From positions 5,547-69,546 of the forward strand of contig CAYPKD010000005.1 in assembly GCA_964411255.1 (NCBI GenBank): a DNA stretch of 64,000 nucleotides, written 5' to 3'. Made by a program: the position numbers and the translations under genes. Below, piece after piece: positions 34,740 through 41,220 of the stretch. The notes under the pieces are model-generated. The model was not told the DNA's origin and ran no database searches. It saw only the letters and a program-made list of their open reading frames with translations. Source of the stretch: an uncultured Gammaproteobacteria bacterium. GTDB taxonomy: Bacteria > Patescibacteriota > Patescibacteriia > UBA11705 > DATKZF01. Position 1 is the first letter of the stretch. Each line of letters starts with the position of its first letter.

Positions 34740-35100
34740 TCCAAATAAGTTTTAGAAACTTTGAGAGATCGGAGAGTGCAGTGCTCACTCTCCGATGTCC
34801 GTTGCTTTAACCCGTAGGAGGCAGCTTTAGGTGCCTATGCGTTTTAAGGATGCAAGCGTTAAAGATCTCGGCTTGTTCATCCTGTTACCCATCCCCACTA
34901 GAGGATGTATTGGGTGGTTAGCAGAATTTTATACAGGCGCCTCTGCCAGGGCGCAGATGTAAACACATTGATGACAGATTATTATCTCTTGCCACCAAAT
35001 TAATGTTGTGAAGAGCCTTGTTGCTCTTCTCTGAATTCTGAAAATAAATTTCAGAACTCGGAGAAGCTGAGGATGGTTTGACGCATCCTCAGATATTTCC
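34740..35100. other. ORF-free G+C-rich segment with at least 8 stable hairpins (unknown structured RNA or element)
   Basis: Hairpins at 34768-34796 (11 bp perfect), 34813-34841, 34848-34882, 34888-34914, 34937-34954, 35010-35029, 35031-35061 and 35067-35092. Stops occur in all frames. Confidence 0.4.
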
Positions 35101-35126
35101 TTTCTTAAAATTTGGAGGTGAATAAC

Positions 35127-35567
35127 CTAGGCCTCTTTGTTTTGGCTCTGAGCTTCAGCTTCTGCCTGGGCCTTGGCCTGCTTGAGTGCAGCCTTGGCTT
35201 TGGCTTCAGCTTCGGCCTGCTTGCGCTTTTCAGCGTCAAGTTTGGCCAGACCACCGAGGCCTGTGTTGGGCGCACCACCAGCGCGGCTGGAGCCCTGCCG
35301 TCGGCGCTTGATTTCCAAGCGCTTGAAGCGGGGATCACCATGCTGATGCTTTGCCTGGCGGCGGCGCTGGTTGCGGCGCTGGCGGCGCAGATTACGCTTG
35401 GCGCGAAGTTCATCACGCTCAACCTTGACCTGCGCACGTCGCTCAGCATTCTCAGCTTTGCGAACCAGCTCCTGCCATTTCTTCAGGCCACCATGACGGC
35501 CGCAGAAACCGCGGCCAGCCAGGACATCAGCCGTACACCCGTCATGCTTACACTTTTCCACCTTCAT
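35127..35567 (-). CDS. 146-aa Zn-knuckle (C-x4-C-x10-C-x2-H) plus Arg-rich plus Ala/Lys/Glu-tail protein, probable nucleic-acid binder
   Basis: SD GGGAGG 5 nt before the ATG. Contains EKCKHDGCTADVLAGRGFCGRHGG and RRQRRNQRRRQAKH. Chosen over two overlapping ORFs that lack signals. Confidence 0.6.
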   Translation of the reverse strand: MKVEKCKHDGCTADVLAGRGFCGRHGGLKKWQELVRKAENAERRAQVKVERDELRAKRNLRRQRRNQRRRQAKHQHGDPRFKRLEIKRRRQGSSRAGGAPNTGLGGLAKLDAEKRKQAEAEAKAKAALKQAKAQAEAEAQSQNKEA

Positions 35568-35620
35568 GTGGGCCTCCCTATATAAAAAGATTAATAGACA
35601 TTTTTGTCAAAATTGCTGAA

Positions 35621-35766
35621 AGGACGATGTAGGTGAGATGCCAAAGAGATTTGAAGGGACTTAAATAGATTTATTTCCCTTATCTCAATATGGGCAAAAT
35701 ATGCTCAGCCAATCTAATCGCAAGCGAATAGATCAGCATGAACTTCTCTCTCCTCTACATCGTTCT
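35621..35766. other. About 145-nt three-way-junction-like element
   Basis: AGGACGATGTAGGTGAGA (35621-) pairs with TCTCTCCTCTACATCGTTCT (-35766). Inner hairpins are GAGAT..AAGGGA/TCCCTT..ATCTC and CTAATCG-CAAG-CGAATAG. Confidence 0.4.
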
Positions 35767-35780
35767 GTTCAGAAATTAGA

Positions 35781-35815
35781 CATATAAAAACAGACTGAGA
35801 GAACCATGTCTGTTT
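35781..35815 (-). terminator. Terminator-like hairpin inside the long leader (possible attenuator or sRNA 3' end)
   Basis: Minus strand reads AAACAGAC-ATGGTTCTCTCA-GTCTGTTT followed by TTATAT. Confidence 0.4.
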
Positions 35816-35891
35816 AAAATACAGCTTTATAATCTAGCTGACTCTCTCTCCATGAAATTTGTTAGATTTCAATTTTCGATTTTGATTTAGT

Positions 35892-35920
35892 ATTATAGCA
35901 TATTTTTTTAAAAAAGTCAA
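35892..35920 (-). promoter_or_regulatory. Near-consensus sigma70 promoter reading toward 35567
   Basis: Minus strand reads TTGACT, 17-nt spacer, TATAAT. Confidence 0.55.
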
Positions 35921-36045
35921 GACGAGAGCATAATTTAAGTCGTTTTTTGTCTAAATTTACGGAAATTACAAATTTGCTAAACTGGTAAATTAATTAAAAT
36001 TTTAGTAAAAATATTACGAATAATTACGAATTAGCAAGGCTGTTA

Positions 36046-36074
36046 TTGAAAAGCATATATTTAATTGGTAATAT
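36046..36074 (+). promoter_or_regulatory. Sigma70-type promoter
   Basis: TTGAAA, 17-nt spacer, TAATAT. Confidence 0.45.
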
Positions 36075-36110
36075 GATAGAGCCTGTTTTCATGCGGAAAA
36101 GGAGAAAACC

Positions 36111-36545
36111 ATGCAATCATCACCAGAGCTTGGTGTATATGTGGTATTAAAAGACGGTGTAGAAATTGCACGACATCAAAGTGTGGAAAGATTACATGAA
36201 CAATTTCCAGATTGGAATGATGATGAATCAATTAGCATTGTTTATAAGCCATCTGAGGCAGAAAAAGAAATATTACGTGAACTTAAATTATTTCGATCTG
36301 GTGGGAATGTATTAGCAGAGCATGTAGATCCTTTTATTTTACATAGACAATTATTGGAAAAGCATGGAGATAAATGGATAAAAGAATATGAAGGACAATG
36401 GCTGGCAGTTGATGTTGAAAGTGAGCTGGTTATTGATCATGATTGGATGTTGGCTGATTTAGCTGATCGAATTCATGCAAGCAATAAAGATAATAGTAGA
36501 CTAGTCTTATTGTTAGGGATTTCAGATAATGATTTTATAATTTAA
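36111..36545 (+). CDS. 144-aa hypothetical protein
   Basis: SD AAAAGGAGAA. The C-terminal half (YEGQWLAVDVESELVIDHD..) faintly recalls DUF5678-type domains (weak). Confidence 0.6.
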   Translation: MQSSPELGVYVVLKDGVEIARHQSVERLHEQFPDWNDDESISIVYKPSEAEKEILRELKLFRSGGNVLAEHVDPFILHRQLLEKHGDKWIKEYEGQWLAVDVESELVIDHDWMLADLADRIHASNKDNSRLVLLLGISDNDFII

Positions 36546-36580
36546 AAAGCACTAATATTCAAAATATAGTGCTTTTTTAT
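36546..36580. terminator. Bidirectional terminator between convergent genes
   Basis: AAAAAGCACTA..TAGTGCTTTTTT. Confidence 0.65.
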
Positions 36581-36595
36581 TTATTTTCAATTTAA

Positions 36596-38023
36596 TTAAA
36601 TAGCATTTTTACCTTTAATCACTGCCCATGGAGTTTTTAATAATATCCAAAAATCAAGTTTTAGCGACCAGTTTTCAATATAGAAAATATCCATTTTTGC
36701 TTCTTCATCAAATGGCAAATCGCTTCGACCACTGATTTGAGCAATACCAGTTATTCCAGGTTTTATATCTAAGGTTCGTAATTGCTCTGGCGTATATCTT
36801 TCAACTTCTCTTGGCTGGTGAGGCCGAGGGCCAACTATGCTCATATTTCCGATAAAGACATTGAAAAATTGAGGCAGCTCATCAATGCTGATTTTTCGGA
36901 TAAATCTGCCAACAGCAGTTACGCGGGGATCTTTTTTTATTTTATATAAAGCACCTCTGGACGCCCCTTGTTCTTTTATTAATTTTTTTTCAAGTTCCAA
37001 TGCTTGTTTACTTGATGGTGCATCTGGCCCTGTACTCATATCCCAATACATTGATCTGAATTTGTATACATTGAATTTTTTTCCATTTTGGCCAACTCTT
37101 TCATTCTTATATATAATTGGCCCTTTTGAATTAATTTTTATGGCAATAGCTGTAAATAGCATTATTGGTGAAGATAAGATTATAAAAATAATTGAACTAA
37201 ATAAATCAGAAAATCTTTTAATAATTTTTTTCCAGCCGTCCAGTGGTGTCTTTTTTATTTCAATTACTGGCAGACCAGCAATCATGTGCGTTTCAATGTT
37301 GGTAGCCCTGGCTTCAAAAGGACCGGCAACATATTTAAAAATAATATGATTATATTTGGCAAAATTGATCAATGAAATTGTATCTTTTCTTGAGATATTT
37401 GGATCAGTTTGAATGATTTCATCAATAAATGTTTTTTTATGAAGAGCTTGAATTTTCATTAATGTGTCTTGATTAAACTGTTCAAAATGTTTGAGAATTT
37501 TTAATCCTAATGAAGGTTGTTTTAAGATTGCATTTTTTACAGCATTAGTATTTGAATTTTTTCCAATAATTATAATTTTATGAGTTCCCCAGCCAGTTTT
37601 ATATAAACTATTTTGAACGATTCTAATTATCATTCTGCCAACAATTATGAAAAGGATGCTGAAAAGCCAGGCAAACAAAATAATAAATCTTGATTCAAAA
37701 AGTTCTCTGACAAAGAACATATATAGAATAATTGCAGTCATGCCAGTAGAGCAGGCTAATATAATCCTGGCCATTTCATCAGTGACTTTTGTTTTTTTAA
37801 ATTTATAAAGAGATGACCAAAAAAAGAAAATCAGCCATATTGCAGCCATTACAATTAGTACACCTAAATATTTATTAAATTCCAGATCAAATACAACCGG
37901 CCTTATTTCAGTAACTGATTCAATAAAACGCAGAGAATAAGCGGTAATACCAGCCAATATTAAAAGAAAGTAGTCAGTGACCAGTTTTATAAGTACAAAT
38001 ATTAATTCTGATTTTTTTATCAT
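36596..38023 (-). CDS. Polyprenyl-phosphate sugar phosphotransferase (WbaP/exopolysaccharide priming enzyme family)
   Basis: Multi-TM N-terminus. C-terminal DELPQFFNV..GNMSIVGPRP and KPGITG motifs (Bac_transf). Confidence 0.9.
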   Translation of the reverse strand: MIKKSELIFVLIKLVTDYFLLILAGITAYSLRFIESVTEIRPVVFDLEFNKYLGVLIVMAAIWLIFFFWSSLYKFKKTKVTDEMARIILACSTGMTAIILYMFFVRELFESRFIILFAWLFSILFIIVGRMIIRIVQNSLYKTGWGTHKIIIIGKNSNTNAVKNAILKQPSLGLKILKHFEQFNQDTLMKIQALHKKTFIDEIIQTDPNISRKDTISLINFAKYNHIIFKYVAGPFEARATNIETHMIAGLPVIEIKKTPLDGWKKIIKRFSDLFSSIIFIILSSPIMLFTAIAIKINSKGPIIYKNERVGQNGKKFNVYKFRSMYWDMSTGPDAPSSKQALELEKKLIKEQGASRGALYKIKKDPRVTAVGRFIRKISIDELPQFFNVFIGNMSIVGPRPHQPREVERYTPEQLRTLDIKPGITGIAQISGRSDLPFDEEAKMDIFYIENWSLKLDFWILLKTPWAVIKGKNAI

Positions 38024-38031
38024 AAATTTGT

Positions 38032-38071
38032 TAGGCTGGTAGATCGGTAGGTTAGTAGGTTGGTAGATTTA
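38032..38071 (+). repeat. TAGNNNGG-type 8-mer array
   Basis: TAGGCTGG TAGATCGG TAGGTTAG TAGGTTGG TAGATTTA. Confidence 0.65.
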
Positions 38072-38151
38072 AAAAAAATTGGAAGAAGGACGCTACTAAT
38101 ATTATTGCAATTTTTTGTAAAAATTTCAATAATAACATCCACCTTCCAATT

Positions 38152-38762
38152 GATCCAAACAGGTCTATAAGCCGAATTCTGTCCCACCAGAGGCGGGGAT
38201 GATCATCTATCTAGTCCCGAGATTACTCTCGGGATCAAGCGAGCTACCAAACTTGCTCTTGCACCAGATAAGGTTTACCACCACCTAATGTTACCATTAG
38301 GCAAGAGAAGTATAAATTAAATAGTCACGTGAACCATTTAACTTTTTTCCTTCTCACTTTTCACCTTTCACCACTGCTACGCAGTGGAATTTCTAAATCC
38401 TAATTTTTTAAACTCTGAACAATTTTCAAATTTTCGAAAGGTTTTAAACATTAGAACATTTGAATTTCGAATTTGTTTAGAATTTCGTATTTCGAATTTA
38501 GCGCTTCCATTGCGCAACAATGGCTAGTATAGTCTCTGTGGCACTGGCTGTCGTCTAGGTTTATTAATTATCCTAGAATCGCCTGGGAGTTACCCAGTAT
38601 CATACCGCAGATTACGCTGATTAGCCGATTACGCAGATTGCAGGACTTTTTTTTATCAGCGTAATCAGCGTAATCTACGGTCAGGTGTTCGGACTTTCCT
38701 CCGGCCTACGCTTTTCACTTTGTTCAAAGCTTCGGCTGGCGATCATCCAACCTATTTGGATC
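38152..38762 (-). ncRNA. rnpB: RNase P RNA (bacterial type A core) with large insertions, about 611 nt
   Basis: Minus strand has GGAGGAAAGTCCGAACAC (CR-I/P4 5'), GTGCCACAGAGAC, GGTAAACC and ACAGAATTCGGCTTATAG (CR-V/P4 3'). P1 pairs GATCCAAATAGGT with ACCTGTTTGGATC; P2 pairs GGATGATC with GATCATCC. Confidence 0.88.
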
Positions 38763-38808
38763 ATAACAATTATATCAAAAATATTGTAAATTGTCAATAG
38801 GTATGCAC

Positions 38809-38837
38809 TTGACAGATTTTCAAAAATAAGCTAAATT
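38809..38837 (+). promoter_or_regulatory. Sigma70-type promoter
   Basis: TTGACA, 17-nt spacer, TAAATT. Confidence 0.5.
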
Positions 38838-38886
38838 AGATTATCCAATGCTCGCACTCAATTGGCTAAAATAAGGAGGAAACGCA

Positions 38887-39660
38887 ATGAGACGAGTAAG
38901 GCAATTGACATATTTTGTTGTAATTTCGTTTATTCTCATGTATGTCAATGGATGTTCTTTATATTCTGAAAATGATCGTTCTTTTTTAGATGATCAGAAT
39001 AGACAGTCTGCTCGAAGAACAGTTCGTTCAGATGATTCTATAGATCAAAATCCTAATCAGCTAAAGCGGGAAAAGATTATTCAAGTAGCTCAGGCAAAAC
39101 TTTCTTTGGAAGAATTTGCTCAGGCTGAACCTTTGAAAAGATATTGTGATATTACTGGCACCAGCTTTGAAGTAGAAAAGATGCCAGTTACTATTTCTCA
39201 TGCTGGAAGAGAAGTATATGTGGAAACTGAATTAAAGGATTCAACTCTTTTTAAAGAAAATGCAACAAAAGTGCTGGGCTGGTGGAAGCGAAATTACCGG
39301 GTAAGAAAAGTAGAAGATAAGGGTCTGCGCTTGGTCACCATGCTGAAAATTCCAAGAGCAGCCAAATATGATGATGTTGCCAAGGCAATATTTGAATTCT
39401 ATCAAAAGAATTTTCAAAATATTGTTATTTCAGTTATTTGTCGGGAAATGAATAACTGGGCAGTTGATGAATATCCAAATGATTTTTCTGTGGTGATTGA
39501 AAAAAAACAGGAAAATCAGACCCAAAAAGAAGACAAGGCTGCTGCGAAAAAGGCAGCAAGGGCTGCTGCGAGAAGGGCGGCAAGGGCTGCTGCGAGAAAG
39601 GCAGCAAAGGCTGATGCAAAAGAACCAGCCAAACCTCCTGCAAAAAAAGCAGATGAATAA
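38887..39660 (+). CDS. Lipoprotein with Ala/Lys/Arg-rich (histone-H1-like) C-terminal tail
   Basis: SD TAAGGAGGAA. Lipobox YVNGC. Tail is AAAKKAARAAARRAARAAARKAAKADAKEPAKPPAKKADE. Confidence 0.75.
   Translation: MRRVRQLTYFVVISFILMYVNGCSLYSENDRSFLDDQNRQSARRTVRSDDSIDQNPNQLKREKIIQVAQAKLSLEEFAQAEPLKRYCDITGTSFEVEKMPVTISHAGREVYVETELKDSTLFKENATKVLGWWKRNYRVRKVEDKGLRLVTMLKIPRAAKYDDVAKAIFEFYQKNFQNIVISVICREMNNWAVDEYPNDFSVVIEKKQENQTQKEDKAAAKKAARAAARRAARAAARKAAKADAKEPAKPPAKKADE
39538..39633 (+). repeat. 24-nt tandem repeat, about 3.5 copies, in-frame
   Basis: GCTGCTGCGAAAAAGGCAGCAAGG / GCTGCTGCGAGAAGGGCGGCAAGG / GCTGCTGCGAGAAAGGCAGCAAAG, plus a degenerate copy. Confidence 0.85.
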
Positions 39661-39723
39661 TACTATATAAAGCTCTCAAAGAGGGCTTTTTTTTAATTAA
39701 AAACTGCTTTGTGTAAAAAGCAG

Positions 39724-41076
39724 TTAAACTCCGAGTTGCTTAAGTAAGGGCTTCATGGCAATCATTTGATCCAGTTTTTCACCAACGGTAACCATACCGA
39801 CTTTGGTTTGAAAGCATAATCTTTTCCATTCGTCTTCAATTCTATTTACATAATCCCGTGCATTTGTTGGCAGTTCGATAAATTCCCTACATTTGCCAGT
39901 TGGTTTGAACCAACCAGGAACAGTGAGATTTACTGGCTGGCATTCATACCATTTTTGAATATCAGCTGGCGGGAATTCTAAACTTTTTCCTTCATAATTC
40001 CAGTTATACGTGACTGGAATTTTTTCAAGACCTCCCAAGACATCCAGCTTAGTAAAAGCGACTAAGTCTGGTTGAGCCATTCTGAGCGCATGACGCAAAA
40101 GTACATGATCAAGAGGACCACATCGACGCGGTCTTCTAGTAGTTACACCAAATTCATCACCATTTTTTCTAACTTGCTTTCCGAAGAATTCCAAATCTTC
40201 ACCTGGAATTGGTCCGCTGCCCACTCTGGTTGTGTAAAGCTTGGCAATACCTAAGGTAAAAGCAATATCTTTTAATGACAGACCAGCGTGACCCAAAAGA
40301 CCGCCGGGTGTGGTTAAAGAAGAAGTGACAAATGGATAAGTTCCGACAATTCTATCCAGTAAAAGACCTTGGCCTGGTTCGATGATTCCTATTTCGCCGT
40401 TTTTCCTAATTTTCTCAAAAAGCTCAATAGTATCGCCAACATTATTTGAAAAACCATGTGCCATCTCCAGAATTAAATCAAGATCAAACTTTTCTTCAGG
40501 CAGATTGCAGCCTTTAAGGAAAGCATTGGCCAGTTTATAAGCCATTTCGATTTTTTGTTCAGCTCTTTTTCGACTATCAAGCAAATCACTGAAAGTCGGC
40601 CCGAACCGGAATGCTTGCATGGCATATGTTGGCCCAATGGCATTGGCTGTGGTACCAATGTTATCTTTGCCTTTTAATTCCTCAAGCGCTTTTTCAAGGG
40701 TTTTATATACTGGCAGAATGATTTGAGCCCGGCAGTCAATTACAGTTCGATTGACATCAACGTCTTGTTGGCTTAGAACATCCATTTCTAATTGTAATTT
40801 TTCAAGATCAATTACTGTGCCAGCACCAATGATAGCAGTGATGTCAGGATCAAAAACTGCCAGCGGCATATTATGACTTTTGCAAAAAATACCATTGTCG
40901 TCTCTATAGCTATGACCAGAATTTCCGCCGCCATTAGGCTTGATTGCCCACCTGATTTTTAGACCATTTTGTTTTAGGAATTTTGCCAGCCTAAGAGCAA
41001 TTGATCCCTTGGCATTATCTCCCCATAATAAATCAACTAGTTGTATAAATTTACCTGCCAGGTTATTTGGTGGCAT
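39724..41076 (-). CDS. Adenylosuccinate synthetase family protein (PurA-like, divergent)
   Basis: SD AAAGGAGGG. LWGDNAKGS (canonical QWGDEGKGK), GGGNSGHS, IGTTANAIGPTY, TTRVGSGPIPGE, GVTTRRPRRCGPLD, FTKLDVL. Confidence 0.8.
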   Translation of the reverse strand: MPPNNLAGKFIQLVDLLWGDNAKGSIALRLAKFLKQNGLKIRWAIKPNGGGNSGHSYRDDNGIFCKSHNMPLAVFDPDITAIIGAGTVIDLEKLQLEMDVLSQQDVDVNRTVIDCRAQIILPVYKTLEKALEELKGKDNIGTTANAIGPTYAMQAFRFGPTFSDLLDSRKRAEQKIEMAYKLANAFLKGCNLPEEKFDLDLILEMAHGFSNNVGDTIELFEKIRKNGEIGIIEPGQGLLLDRIVGTYPFVTSSLTTPGGLLGHAGLSLKDIAFTLGIAKLYTTRVGSGPIPGEDLEFFGKQVRKNGDEFGVTTRRPRRCGPLDHVLLRHALRMAQPDLVAFTKLDVLGGLEKIPVTYNWNYEGKSLEFPPADIQKWYECQPVNLTVPGWFKPTGKCREFIELPTNARDYVNRIEDEWKRLCFQTKVGMVTVGEKLDQMIAMKPLLKQLGV

Positions 41077-41121
41077 TAGATGCCCTCCTTTCCCTTTTTC
41101 AAGGAACTTGAGCCCCTGTAT

Positions 41122-41150
41122 ATCTTAGTCAAATAAGGGGATTTGGTCAA
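41122..41150 (-). promoter_or_regulatory. Sigma70-type promoter for the PurA-like gene
   Basis: Minus strand reads TTGACC, 17-nt spacer, TAAGAT. Confidence 0.5.
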
Positions 41151-41180
41151 GGGCTTTTCAGGTAACATGTAGCATGTATC

Positions 41181-41211
41181 AAAAAACCGACAGGCAAGCT
41201 GTTCGGTTTTT
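41181..41211 (-). terminator. Rho-independent terminator after trpS
   Basis: Minus strand reads AAAACCGAACAG-CTTGC-CTGTCGGTTTTTT. Confidence 0.7.
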
Positions 41212-41220
41212 AAATTCGTT

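Noticed and set aside
34636-35126. Hidden coding capacity under an alternative genetic code in the ORF-free G+C-rich blocks (also 20790-21130 and 35568-36110).
   Set aside because: My manual translation of 34636-35126 shows frames interrupted by a mixture of TAA, TAG and TGA, so no single reassignment restores an ORF there. Core genes in the window use TGA and TAA as stops. The other two blocks were not translated by hand; they only lack credible ORFs in the supplied track.
35105-35585. Plus-strand 157-aa ORF (35112..35585) and minus 114-aa ORF (35105..35449), both overlapping the Zn-knuckle gene.
   Set aside because: Local high G+C opens several frames. Only 35127..35567 (minus) has a correctly spaced SD and a recognisable Cys/His motif. 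The plus ORF 'start' is a TTG overlapping a GGAGG, with no spacing.
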